From NCBI GenBank assembly GCA_963674945.2, contig CAXXWQ010000004.1, forward strand, positions 2,848,001 through 2,912,000: DNA of 64,000 nt, given 5' to 3'. Made by a program: the position numbers and the translations under genes. The notes beneath the pieces were generated by a model. That model ran no database searches. It was given only the letters and a program-made list of their open reading frames with translations, and was not told the origin of the DNA. Of the stretch, positions 18,942 through 29,124 are shown piece after piece (position 1 is the stretch's first letter; the number at the start of each line of letters is the position of its first letter). Source of the DNA: an uncultured Desulfosarcina sp. (GTDB taxonomy: Bacteria; Desulfobacterota; Desulfobacteria; Desulfobacterales; Desulfosarcinaceae).

Positions 18942-20327
18942 TTACGCCGCAACGAGCTGGTAGCCGGCATTGGACCAGGCAAACACGCCGCCGGCAAGGG
19001 ACTTGACTTTTTCGTATCCCGCCTGACGCAGGAGGCTGGCTGCGATATTGGATCGATACCCGCTACCGCACTGCAGTATCAGTTCTTCGTCTTTTCCCGC
19101 TTCTGGAAACTTCCCGTCGAGGATATCCGAAAGGGGCAGGTGCTCGGCCCACTTGATCCGACTGGCGGTCCATTCGGCCGGTGTCCGCACGTCGATGATC
19201 CGAATGTTGCTGGTTTCCAGACGCGCGGAGAGCTGCTGGGGGGAAATCTGCTCCAACTGATCCACTGGCCTTCCGCTCATGAGCCAGGCCATGATCCCAC
19301 CGGAAAGATAACCGAAAATCAGGTCGTAGCCGATGCGGTGCAACTCGGTGACCATACGATCGTAATCCTTTCGGTCGTCCACCACCAGAAGAATCTCGGA
19401 GTCGGGATCCACCACCATCCCCACCCAATTGGCCAGTTGTTTTTCGAATCCGATGTTGATGCTGCCGGGAATGTGAAATCCACCAAAGGCCGCCGAATCG
19501 CGTGCATCGATGACAATGGCGCCATCGTTCATCATCTCTTCGAATTGCTTCGGGGTGAGACTCTTGTCCATGGGACATGCGTCCAGAGTGGCCGCGCCCT
19601 TTATATTGGTATCGATGATGTGAGAAAAGCTTTTCGGCCTTACCGGAAATGCCGACATGACCTCCTTCTTGAAAGCCTCGAAGGAGGGAAACCGCAGCAT
19701 TGGATTGGCCCGCCGCTCATAGCCTAAAGTGGAGCTTTTCTTGGCACTCATTCCTCGCCCGCAAAGAGATCCTTCTCCATGGGCCGGGAATACTTCCAGA
19801 TGATCCGGATAGTCGGCCAGTTTCACGTATAGACTGTTGTACAAATTCTTTACCTGTTCGTCGAGGATCTGTGCACCCGGAAGATCGGGACGACCGATGT
19901 CGCCGACGAAGAGAAGATCACCGGTGAGCAGCATCTGGGGCTCCTCCGATCGTACCTTGTCGGTTACCAGAAGAGAAATGGAATTGGGCGTGTGGCCGGG
20001 CGTATGCAGAACTTCGATGCGGGCGGCACCGAGTTCGAAAACGTCTCCCTCTGTTAGATCCTTGTGTTTGTACTCCACCTGCGCGCTTTCGTGAATATAA
20101 ATGTCCGCACCCGTTGCCAGCCGCAGTTCCTGGTCGCCGCTCACATGATCTGCGTGCACATGGGTGTTGATGATGTGGGTGATCTGCATGCCCTCCTCCC
20201 GGGCAATCTCCAGATAGTCATGAACATCGCGTTTCGGATCGATCACCGCCATGGCCTTGGCCCGGGGACAACCGATGGCGTATGAGAGGCACCCCAACCC
20301 CGAAACGGCGATTTGATTGAAATACAT
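18942..20327 (-). CDS. MBL-fold hydrolase (persulfide dioxygenase-like) fused to two rhodanese domains
   Basis: THVHADH, HTPGHT, TGD.LF, PAHG.GS.CG, C-terminal CGSGYRS; ATG at 20327 after AAGGAG. Confidence 0.85.
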   Translation of the reverse strand: MYFNQIAVSGLGCLSYAIGCPRAKAMAVIDPKRDVHDYLEIAREEGMQITHIINTHVHADHVSGDQELRLATGADIYIHESAQVEYKHKDLTEGDVFELGAARIEVLHTPGHTPNSISLLVTDKVRSEEPQMLLTGDLLFVGDIGRPDLPGAQILDEQVKNLYNSLYVKLADYPDHLEVFPAHGEGSLCGRGMSAKKSSTLGYERRANPMLRFPSFEAFKKEVMSAFPVRPKSFSHIIDTNIKGAATLDACPMDKSLTPKQFEEMMNDGAIVIDARDSAAFGGFHIPGSINIGFEKQLANWVGMVVDPDSEILLVVDDRKDYDRMVTELHRIGYDLIFGYLSGGIMAWLMSGRPVDQLEQISPQQLSARLETSNIRIIDVRTPAEWTASRIKWAEHLPLSDILDGKFPEAGKDEELILQCGSGYRSNIAASLLRQAGYEKVKSLAGGVFAWSNAGYQLVAA

Positions 20328-20523
20328 GTCCAGCTCCTTTCTGCAACCATTGTTTACATGACTCAAACTTACATCACCGATCGGCAATATTTGAAAACAT
20401 TGCCGGGGGAGATCATTATCCTACACAAGATGAGCATTGTTTTCCGATAGTGAAGAGCAACATATTGAAAAAATGTTACGGTTTTTACAAAAATTTGATG
20501 ATCTTGTAAAAAGTCGCTGTTCG

Positions 20524-20647
20524 GACGGATTCGTAAAAAGCCCGAGATCAAGGCTTGCGAATCCTGAGGAATGAGGCGTACTTATCGTACTCCGCAGTGA
20601 CGAAGGATGAAGCGTAACGCCCATATCGGACTTTTTACGAATCCGTC
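20524..20647. repeat. MITE/REP-like element, copy 2
   Basis: TIRs GACGGATTCGTAAAAAG / CTTTTTACGAATCCGTC. Confidence 0.85.
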
Positions 20648-20737
20648 AAATTTGATTGCCGGCCTCACCACTCTCACCAAGCCAGATTGCTTTTCACGGC
20701 AAGACCGGCAATTGCTCAAATTTGTCCTGAGATACGG

Positions 20738-21460
20738 TTAGTCGAATGCCATGCTCGTCTTCCACTCCTTCCAGACATTGCCCACCAGATCCGGTCCCGG
20801 TTTGAGGGTCTTCTTGCCGGGGCGCCATCCCGATGGCGTCGCCTCTGCGCCTTTGCTCTGGCGCACCAGCTGGAAGGCCTGGACCTGCCGCAGGGTCTCG
20901 TTTACATTGCGACCCACCGGTGGCGTCAACACCTCGTACCCCTGAATCACGCCATCCGGATCGATGATAAAACGGCCACGGTTCTCCACGCCGGCGGCTT
21001 CGTTGAAAACGCCGTACAATCGTCCCACCTTGCCGCCGGCATCGGACAACATGGGGAAAGGAACACCGCCTTCGACCATTTTGGAGAGTTCATGGTCATC
21101 CCACATCTTATGAACAAACATGCTGTCGATACTCATGGAGAGAATTTCGACACCCAGCTTCTGGAACTCGGGATATTTTTCGGCGACCGCCGAAATTTCA
21201 GTGGCTCATACAAAGGTGAAATCGCCGGGATAAAAGCAGAGCAAGGACCATTTTCCCAGATAGTCCGAAAGCTTGGCATTGATGAATTTTCCCTTTTGAT
21301 ATCCCGGAGCCACAAAATCCGGTGCTTTTTCTCCGACATGTATCATCTTCATCTCCTCCTTGATGGGTGCAATGATTGCCTCGTTGGTGGTTTCCGGTGC
21401 CTCTTCACCGACGGGTCCTCCGGTGGGCCGGGCACACCCGACCTCCATCTCTTCAGCCAT
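20738..21460 (-). CDS. prxU: Selenocysteine-containing peroxiredoxin (PrxU/AhpC type); Sec at TGA 21206-21208
   Basis: [16 protein letters not shown] matches the FTFVCPTE peroxidatic motif; both ORF halves are in frame; SECIS-like hairpin follows. Confidence 0.9.
21178..21195 (-). promoter_or_regulatory. Bacterial SECIS-like hairpin (prxU)
   Basis: TTTCGGC-GGTC-GCCGAAA, 10 nt after the UGA. Confidence 0.8.
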
Positions 21461-21847
21461 GGAATACTCCTTTCGTTGGTGGTTGCGAAAGCCTATTGTT
21501 TACATCGACGCAATCGAGGATATCTGTTGTCTGTGGAAATTCATTTTCCATAAAAATGGGGACGACACTATTTCGCTGCACTCGAACAAGGGTCACGCGT
21601 CAATGTGGGTTGGCTTCCATATGAAGGATATTATTGATTAATAATTAAGCAAAATCAGGCGACGTGTCAAATCGATATTTACATTCTCTTTGGGAAGGCC
21701 CGACAGGCATAGACCAAATCAATATGGAGGGTTCAGAATTGCGATAAAGACCGCTGGCACGAGCACAGACAATCCCGGCCAACCATCCTTCCCGAAACGA
21801 GAAGGACTGGCCTGACCGGGATATTGGAAAACCCATGGTGTGGCGAT

Positions 21848-23923
21848 TTAGTGTGCTTTATACCCCATGGGCAACTTCTTGAATCGTCCGCCGTAAATGA
21901 TGGGATCACCCTTGTACCCCAGGGCCTTGAAGTCGATGTAGTCCGTAGTACCCACAAGGTGGCTGACATCGCGGCCTTTGGAAGCCATATAGGAAAAGTC
22001 GGTTCCCTTGTGCGCAATGTTCTTGAAATTCACATTCCGATTATCCTGATGGCAGCGGTTGCAGGTCCGTTCACCCTTGAGACTCTGGTGGCACTGCACG
22101 CAGGAAAGCGCCATATCCGCAGGCATGACCTCATGCTCGACACCCCAGTACATGTTGGTGGTGATCCAATCAAACTGTCCCGAGTATTTCATCCCCATGG
22201 CCTGCATTCCGTCGGCAAAGGCTTTCTGCCAGTCGCGGTGCTTCCAGTAGGCCGTCTTGTCTTCTTTGTCGCGTGGAAATAGATGGGGCACCAGCAGATG
22301 GTCATATTTGGCGTCCACCGCCTGCACGCCCTTCATGATTTTGAAGGGGGATATCTTGGAATTGGGATCATTGATGGACCCCACCGGCTCGGTGATGTTG
22401 ATTTCCGCCAGACTCCGGTCCAACTGGTCGCCCAGCAGAATCCGTTTCATGAACCCGCCGTACCAGGTGTACACCGGCTTTGCCGATTCCTTCCAGATGA
22501 ACTCGCCCTTCTTCCAGTTGTAATCGTCCATGCCGTATTTGTCTTTTTTGGGCTTTCGGTTCTTATCACCGGCTTTTGACCAGTCCCAGAACACCTTGGT
22601 GGGTTTGCACTTGGCGTACACCGGGGCATGACAGGTGGTGCAGGCGATGTTGTCGCTGTGTTTGTTTAAGTGATGGTCCAGCAGATCGTCCCCATAGTGG
22701 GGTGTCGCCGAATGGCATCCCGTGCAGGACATGCTGCCTTCCACCACGGGGACCGACGAACTGCGTCCGGCGATCTTGTGGTTGCGCGTTCGGTGGCACT
22801 CGCTGCACGTAAAATCGTATCCACCCATGTGAACGTCGCAATTGCGCTCCGGTTCAAGCAGTTGGCGGGAGAGGTCGGCATGTTTGACGGCTTCTCCGCC
22901 GCCACCGTTGAAGTGACAGTCCCCGCAGGTCTTGCGGGAGGTGGGACCGACGCTCTTGGCCACGGCCACCAGATCCACGGATGGATCTGGCATGCCGGCG
23001 GCCGTGGGCGTTTTCTTGTAGGTGCCGGTGGTATCATGACACACCAAGCAGTCGATTTTGGTCATATCGCTAAAATCAAAGGAATCGTCTTTCCAACCAT
23101 AGCCTGCATGACAACTTGTGCAACGAGCCTCGTTGCTGGTGATGCTGATTCAGAAGTTGTTCGTGGCAATGGTCGCTTTACCGAGATTGACCGCCTTTCT
23201 ATGATCCAGGGTATACGGCGACGGTCCCTTCCAGAGCCAATGGGCCGATTTTAGCATGTCCTCTCCGGCCTGCTGATGACAGCGCAGGCATTCGGCCGTT
23301 ACCTGGGAGGGCTCTGGGCTTTTTGCCAGCTGAATCTTTTCCTTGTGATCGGGAACGTTTTTTCTATGGCAGCCGGCGCAGTCGATGGGCCCCTTGTTCA
23401 TTTCACGGTGGCAGCCCATGCACTGCTGGTGATAAGCGGCCTTGAGACCCAACCGTTCGGGATGATCCTTCTGGAAGGACTGTTGATGACAGGCCGAGCA
23501 TCGCACGGTTTCCGATGCTGCCTCGTCCAGGGGACGATAGTGGTGACAAAGGGCGCAGTCCTTGATCACCACGGCATGTTTGGTGTGCATGAAGCGCACC
23601 GGGCCGTAATGGTCTTCGGTCTTACGGATGACCGGGCTGTCCAGCAAAAAGTAGCTTTCCGATTGGTCTTTGACACCAAGGCCCTGGTCCCGAAGCCGCT
23701 GCTGTCGGCATAACCGGCATTCGTCGCGCACGGCTTCGACAAAGGGCACCACCTCGGCGGCCCGTTTTTTGGCCGCCTCCTGGTCCGGGGCAACCCATCG
23801 GGTCGCCTCTGCCGGCTGCGGCGCATCTTCAGGAGGCGCGGCGGCCCGTACCGGGACACTGAAACAAAGCCCGGCCAGAAAGATAATAGACAATCCTATT
23901 TGAACCGGTCCTCTTATGGTCAT
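21848..23923 (-). CDS. 13-heme cytochrome c: c3-like tetraheme domain plus octaheme tetrathionate-reductase-like domain; Sec at TGA 23150-23152 (691 aa)
   Basis: Signal peptide; 13 CxxCH motifs; HWLW...GK...NNF-TGA-ISITSNEARCTSCHAGYGWKD...DCLVCHDTTGTYKK OTR-family pattern; the two ORFs are in frame with no other stop; SECIS-like hairpin. Confidence 0.85.
23120..23136 (-). promoter_or_regulatory. SECIS-like hairpin (multiheme cytochrome)
   Basis: GCAACGA-GGC-TCGTTGC, 13 nt after the UGA. Confidence 0.75.
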
Positions 23924-25125
23924 GCACGCACCTCCTGCTGTGTTTTGTGTAACACGGGTAAATGGGTGACGAGAAATCGATAGATGAACATCAGTGCGGC
24001 GATCAGCCCCACGGTGACCAGAATCTCACCGACGGCAGGAAAGTAGTTGGCCTCGCTGATCGGCGGACGATACCCGACGACGAACACATTGAGGCGGTTG
24101 ATCAGAACACCGACGACGATCATCGTACAGGCGATGAAAAGCCAGCGGCGGGAACTGCGCACCTTTGGTGACAGCAGCATCAACCAGGGAACGATTACGC
24201 CAAAAATCAGTTCGACGAGAAACGCATTGGTCTGGGCGGTAAAATCAAACAGATAGACGTACGTGCCGCGAACCACCATATCACCCACCTTGAGAGCCAG
24301 GTAGAGCCCCAACAGAAAAATGGTGATGCGCGTCAAGGGGGTCAGTATTTTCATCTCCGAATCAAGCTTCAGCGAGGAGGTGGCCAGGGTCGCCTCGAAC
24401 ACCACCATGGGATACCCGACGGCAATGGCCGAGGTGAGAAACAGGAGCGGCAGGATAGGCGTGTACCACAACGGGTGCAGTTTGGTCGGCGCGATGAGCA
24501 TCAGCGAGCCCAGGCTGGATTGGTGCATGCAGGAGAGTACCACGCCGGCAATGATAAAAAACCACATGATCTTGGGAAGGATCGTATCGGCCAGTCGAAG
24601 CAGGCCGTCCACAGGCACATTCAGCGCTACCAGCGGCCCGGGCAGGTTGACCCGGCCCTTGAACCGCTCTACCACAATTGGCAAAAACTCGATGTACAGC
24701 ACAGTAAGGTAGAACATGACGCACATGGCCACCTCGAACAGCACCGACGTTGGATTCCAGTAAAACATGGGCTTCCATATGGCCCAGCTGCGGCCGATAT
24801 CCACGATGAGCCCCAGAACCACGAAGGTGTACCCCAGCACGGCGGTGAGAAGCGCCGGCCGGACAATGGCCTCGTAATAGTGACGGCCGATGATATGGGC
24901 CAGAAAAGCGGTGGTGAAACCGCCGGCGGCCAGGGCCACACCGGAGGCTACATCCACCCCGATCCACAGCCCCCAGGGCCTCGCGGTGGAAAGGTTGGAA
25001 ACGTAGCCGATGCCGCCGATGAAACGGGCAAGGATCGCCATCGCACCGGCGGCCACAAGCACGACCAGAACGACGACGCCGGGGGTCCAGAATTTCGCCT
25101 TCACAGGCGCTGCCTGATGGCTCAT
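23920..25125 (-). CDS. NrfD/HybB-family integral membrane subunit
   Basis: [41 protein letters not shown]; many TM helices. Confidence 0.85.
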   Translation of the reverse strand: MSHQAAPVKAKFWTPGVVVLVVLVAAGAMAILARFIGGIGYVSNLSTARPWGLWIGVDVASGVALAAGGFTTAFLAHIIGRHYYEAIVRPALLTAVLGYTFVVLGLIVDIGRSWAIWKPMFYWNPTSVLFEVAMCVMFYLTVLYIEFLPIVVERFKGRVNLPGPLVALNVPVDGLLRLADTILPKIMWFFIIAGVVLSCMHQSSLGSLMLIAPTKLHPLWYTPILPLLFLTSAIAVGYPMVVFEATLATSSLKLDSEMKILTPLTRITIFLLGLYLALKVGDMVVRGTYVYLFDFTAQTNAFLVELIFGVIVPWLMLLSPKVRSSRRWLFIACTMIVVGVLINRLNVFVVGYRPPISEANYFPAVGEILVTVGLIAALMFIYRFLVTHLPVLHKTQQEVRA

Positions 25126-26045
25126 CGGTCACCTCCTTCCTCATGGTTGCCGGTGCGGTCCCCTTTGTCTTTGGAAGCCCACATTACCCCGCCGAGCATA
25201 CCGAAGAGCACGATGGGCGACCACATGTAACTGAACAGGCTGTGCTGAATGGTTTCCGCCAGCCGGGGCATGGGCGTTTCCGGCAAGGAGTTGAAGCCCA
25301 GCTTCTCGAAAGGAACGCCCGAAATATACATCCAGCTGGTGCCGCCGACCTCTTTTTCACCATAGACATGGTCGATATAGCGGCCTGGATTTTTTCGTAT
25401 GCGACGATGGGCCTCGGCCAGGATATCGCTGCGCCGGCCAAAGGTGATGGCTTCCACCGGGCAGATCTCTGCACATCCGGGAAGCTTGTTTTCCGACTGC
25501 ACCCGCTCATAGCAAAAGGTGCACTTCATCACCCGCGGGGTAATGGGGTCGTGATACTCGTATGCAGGGATCTCGAACGGACACGCCACCATGCAGTACC
25601 GGCAGCCGATGCATTTGGTCACATCGTAGTGCACCGCTCCGTTTTCCTTTTTGGACAAGGCTCCGACGATGCAGGCCGAGGCACATGCCGGGTCCTGACA
25701 ATGCATGCACTGCAGTTTGACGAAGGTGGGCACCAGTTGGTCGCGTTCGTCGATTACCCCTGAAATGTAGCGATTGACAACGGTGTAGGATCGCTCGTCC
25801 GGGCGGCGTTTGCGATCCAGTACGGTGTAATCTTCGAAACTGCGATCCGGTGCCGGCAGGCCGTTGACCCGGTTGCAGGCCTGTTCGCATTTACGGCAAC
25901 CGATACAGCGGGTCAGATCCACCAGGCATCCCACGGGATCGGACGGTGCTCTGGATTGCCAGGCACGTGCGGATCGACCGGATCCCGCCACGGCAGCACC
26001 GGCAACGGTCAGTGTTTTGAAAAAATCACGTCTGTTCAGCCCCAT
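25122..26045 (-). CDS. HybA/NrfC-type 4x[4Fe-4S] protein with Tat signal and C-terminal TM helix
   Basis: [53 protein letters not shown]. Confidence 0.88.
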   Translation of the reverse strand: MGLNRRDFFKTLTVAGAAVAGSGRSARAWQSRAPSDPVGCLVDLTRCIGCRKCEQACNRVNGLPAPDRSFEDYTVLDRKRRPDERSYTVVNRYISGVIDERDQLVPTFVKLQCMHCQDPACASACIVGALSKKENGAVHYDVTKCIGCRYCMVACPFEIPAYEYHDPITPRVMKCTFCYERVQSENKLPGCAEICPVEAITFGRRSDILAEAHRRIRKNPGRYIDHVYGEKEVGGTSWMYISGVPFEKLGFNSLPETPMPRLAETIQHSLFSYMWSPIVLFGMLGGVMWASKDKGDRTGNHEEGGDR

Positions 26046-26128
26046 AAGGCCCTCCTAAAGAAAAGTAAACAGCTTGTCGGCAATCAGCCTTCATCCGGAA
26101 CGCAACATTGTCGTTTATTGTCTTCTTG

Positions 26129-26368
26129 TTATAAAATACGTTTTTCCATTTTGACCTCAATGCGACACTTCTCGTCCGACGTTGAGGTCGTGAATTTCAT
26201 ATCCGGCCGATGTCGCAGTAACCGGAGCAGATTTGCCATCACATCCGCATCTTTCAAAAAAGCGATCATATGATCGCCGGGCTTCATTTCGGAAACGGCT
26301 TGGTTGAATTTGAGGATATTCATCGGCCACGGCATATCCTCGAGGTTGATGCGACGACGCCGTTCCAC
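26129..26368 (-). CDS. TusA-like protein lacking the CPxP cysteine (start may be 26425)
   Basis: INLEDMPWPMNILK...MKPGDHMIAFLKD: TusA-fold pattern with WP in place of CP. Confidence 0.55.
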   Translation of the reverse strand: MERRRRINLEDMPWPMNILKFNQAVSEMKPGDHMIAFLKDADVMANLLRLLRHRPDMKFTTSTSDEKCRIEVKMEKRIL

Positions 26369-26460
26369 GGTACCCTTTGCCTCCCATTGGTTGGTTTCCG
26401 CCCGACGCTGATTGTAAACAGGCACCTACGGCACGGACCTGTTTTCCCAAACCTCTTGTG

Positions 26461-26476
26461 AACAAAAAACATGCCA
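26461..26476 (-). promoter_or_regulatory. Probable sigma54 promoter (variant -12)
   Basis: TGGCATGTTTTTTGTT (GG-N10-GT), divergent from a bEBP gene. Confidence 0.5.
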
Positions 26477-26652
26477 TGGACCGCAAAATTTATAACAACC
26501 CAAAAATATTTGAATTTTATTAATCATTGAATTTTTCCTTTTGCTTTGGCAAAAAAAATGTTTAAACAACGATTCAACACGTGTAAAAGGATTGACAGCT
26601 GTTTAAACAGTGTTGACATGCCCACAACACACACCGGTTGCCGGAAAAGGTT

Positions 26653-28068
26653 ATGCAAATCAAAGATATCAATCGACATTGGGAGCGAGTGATCAACACC
26701 ATGAGCGAGGCCCTGCTGATCATCAGCAAGGACGGCCGCATCCTGTCGGTCAACCACTCCTTCGAGGAGATGACCGGCTTCTCAGCCGAAGAGGTGTCCG
26801 GCCGGCCGTGCACACTCCTGGAATGCCAGGCCTGTGAAATGGCCATCAATAATCATGGCGAGGGATGGTGCAAGCTGTTCGAGCCGGAACAGCCGGAAAT
26901 GCGGCGCTGCCGATGTACCATCAAAAAAAAGGATGGAACATTTTTCCCTGCCCTGAAAAACGCATCGGTGCTTCGGGATGATGATGGAGCCGTCCTGGGT
27001 GCCGTGGAAACACTGACCGATCTAAGCGAAGTCGACCGCCTCGACCGAAAAGTGGAGATTCTATCCCGCCAACTGGATGAAAACAGCGGTTTCGGCGGCC
27101 TCGTGGGCGGCAGCGACGCCATGAAGGCGGTGTATGCCATCATCGAAAAGGCCGCTTACAGTGACGCCCCCATTATCATTTTTGGTGAGAGCGGCACGGG
27201 AAAGGAATTGGTGGCCCGGGCCATCCACGAACGCGGCAAACGGCAATTCGGCCCGTACGTACAGCTCAACTGTGCCGCGCTAAACGAATCTTTGCTGGAA
27301 AGCGAATTGTTCGGCCACGTGAAAGGATCGTTTACCGGAGCCTTCAAAGACCGGATCGGACGGTTTGAAGCCGCCCATGGGGGAGACCTGTTTCTGGATG
27401 AAATCGGAGACATTCCCCTTTCCATCCAGATCAAGCTGCTTCGGGTCTTGGAGACCCGTCAGTTCGAACGGGTGGGGGAAAACACCCCCGTATCGGTGGA
27501 CGTACGCATCATCACCGCCACCAACCGCAATCTGTTGGAACTCATCGAAAAAAAAAGCTTCCGGGAGGACCTCTATTTTCGCATCAACGTGATTCCCATT
27601 CATCTGCCACCGGTTCGCGAACGCAGGGAAGACATCCCCTTGTTGGCCAACACATTTATCGACCGCCTGGAACTGCGCACCGGTAAATCGATCCGCGGGT
27701 TGACCCGCCAGGCGCTGAATCGCTTCATGGAGTATCGCTGGCCGGGGAATGTGCGGGAGATGAAAAGTGCCCTGGAATACGCCTTTACCGTGGCGGACAA
27801 AGACACCATCGATATCGATCACCTTCCCCCACACATGCTTCAGGCGGACAAGCCAGCGGTCATGGCCGTTGACCGACCAATCCTTGCTGAAACCGACAAG
27901 AGTGAACGCCGGCAACTCATCGAAGCCCTTCAGGCAACTGGCGGCAACCAGAGCAAAGCAGCTCGTCTATTGGGTATCAACCGTGTGACGGTTTGGAATC
28001 GAATGCGAAAATATGGAATCAACCTGAAGCGTGAAATTGAAGGGAAGGGAACCATACCAGAGATTTAA
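26653..28068 (+). CDS. sigma54-dependent activator (PAS-AAA+-HTH), paralogue of 14092..15471
   Basis: GESGTGKE, GSFTGA, WPGNVRE, HTH; Cys-rich PAS domain. Confidence 0.9.
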   Translation: MQIKDINRHWERVINTMSEALLIISKDGRILSVNHSFEEMTGFSAEEVSGRPCTLLECQACEMAINNHGEGWCKLFEPEQPEMRRCRCTIKKKDGTFFPALKNASVLRDDDGAVLGAVETLTDLSEVDRLDRKVEILSRQLDENSGFGGLVGGSDAMKAVYAIIEKAAYSDAPIIIFGESGTGKELVARAIHERGKRQFGPYVQLNCAALNESLLESELFGHVKGSFTGAFKDRIGRFEAAHGGDLFLDEIGDIPLSIQIKLLRVLETRQFERVGENTPVSVDVRIITATNRNLLELIEKKSFREDLYFRINVIPIHLPPVRERREDIPLLANTFIDRLELRTGKSIRGLTRQALNRFMEYRWPGNVREMKSALEYAFTVADKDTIDIDHLPPHMLQADKPAVMAVDRPILAETDKSERRQLIEALQATGGNQSKAARLLGINRVTVWNRMRKYGINLKREIEGKGTIPEI

Positions 28069-28071
28069 TTT

Positions 28072-29001
28072 TCAACGGACGCGGTAAAACACCTCATGGT
28101 TTTTCCAGTCGGCAAAAACCAAATCCTGGTTCATCAGCTGGCCGAGGATCTTTGAAACCTCGTTGATATGCAGGCCGAAGGCGTCCTGAATCTGTCGATT
28201 GGAACAGGGCCTGCGTTTCAACATTGCCAGGACGGTCTCCTGCGTTGCATTTCGGCGCTTGCCGCCTTGTACGACGGTATCGGCGATGATTTGCGCAGGC
28301 GGATCGAAAAACGGGGCCAATGCCTCCATCTGCGATACCGGAACGGCCGCTGCAAAATCTTCGGCCGGTGGTCTTGCAGTGGTGTTGAAATGGATTCGCT
28401 CCGGTTCCAGCTGGCGGGCAAGGCGGGCGATTTTCTTTGCCTGCTCCACCCCGGCATTGATGCCCAGCAGCAAGAAGACCTCCACCCACAATTGGCCGTC
28501 AAAACGTCTTCGAAACTGTTTCAATCCGTCGAAAACCACATCGAAAGTCAATTGTCGGCAAGGACGGTTGACCCACTCGAATGACTTTTGATCCCAGGCA
28601 CTGAGCGACACCTTGACGACACGGGCCAAGGCCGCGGATTCTTGCACCGCGGGCTGGTGAAGCAGGGTTCCATTGGTAAGAAGTACCGAAGGAATTTTTT
28701 GATGGCGCAAAAATTTCAGCACTTCACCAAATTCCGAATGCAGGGTGGGCTCACCGGAGCCGGAAAGGGTCAGATAATCGGCATTGCCATCTGTTTTTAG
28801 CCAGTGATCGACTTCCGCGATCACGATTTCCGTGGGGATATATGGCTTTCGTTCCAGCGTCTTTTTTCGGGTTCGACCCAGTTGGCAAAAGACACAATCC
28901 AGGGTGCAGGTCTTCAACGGTGTAAGATCGATTCCCAGCGAACGCCCGAATCGCCGGGATGGTACCGGGCCGAAGAGATGCTTGTAGTCGGAACGATCCA
29001 T
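28072..29001 (-). CDS. Radical SAM protein
   Basis: FGPVPSRR.GRSLG, CTLDCVFC, SGSGEPTL. Confidence 0.88.
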   Translation of the reverse strand: MDRSDYKHLFGPVPSRRFGRSLGIDLTPLKTCTLDCVFCQLGRTRKKTLERKPYIPTEIVIAEVDHWLKTDGNADYLTLSGSGEPTLHSEFGEVLKFLRHQKIPSVLLTNGTLLHQPAVQESAALARVVKVSLSAWDQKSFEWVNRPCRQLTFDVVFDGLKQFRRRFDGQLWVEVFLLLGINAGVEQAKKIARLARQLEPERIHFNTTARPPAEDFAAAVPVSQMEALAPFFDPPAQIIADTVVQGGKRRNATQETVLAMLKRRPCSNRQIQDAFGLHINEVSKILGQLMNQDLVFADWKNHEVFYRVR

Positions 29002-29037
29002 AGTAACCTTGATGAACGTGTAAAAAGTCGGGTTTCG

Positions 29038-29124
29038 GACGTCTTCGGATAAAGTTCGAGACCAAGGCTTGCGAGTCACAGGGATGAAGCGTAACGCCGA
29101 GATCGGACTTTTTCCGAAGACGTC
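29038..29124. repeat. MITE/REP-like element, copy 3 (internally deleted)
   Basis: TIRs GACGTCTTCGGATAAAGT / ACTTTTTCCGAAGACGTC; overlaps the stop codon of the NifU-like gene. Confidence 0.8.

Noticed and set aside
23920..26045. hybA/hybB as evidence for a hydrogenase-2 operon
   Set aside because: No [NiFe] large or small subunit or maturation genes; the adjacent catalytic candidate is a multiheme cytochrome
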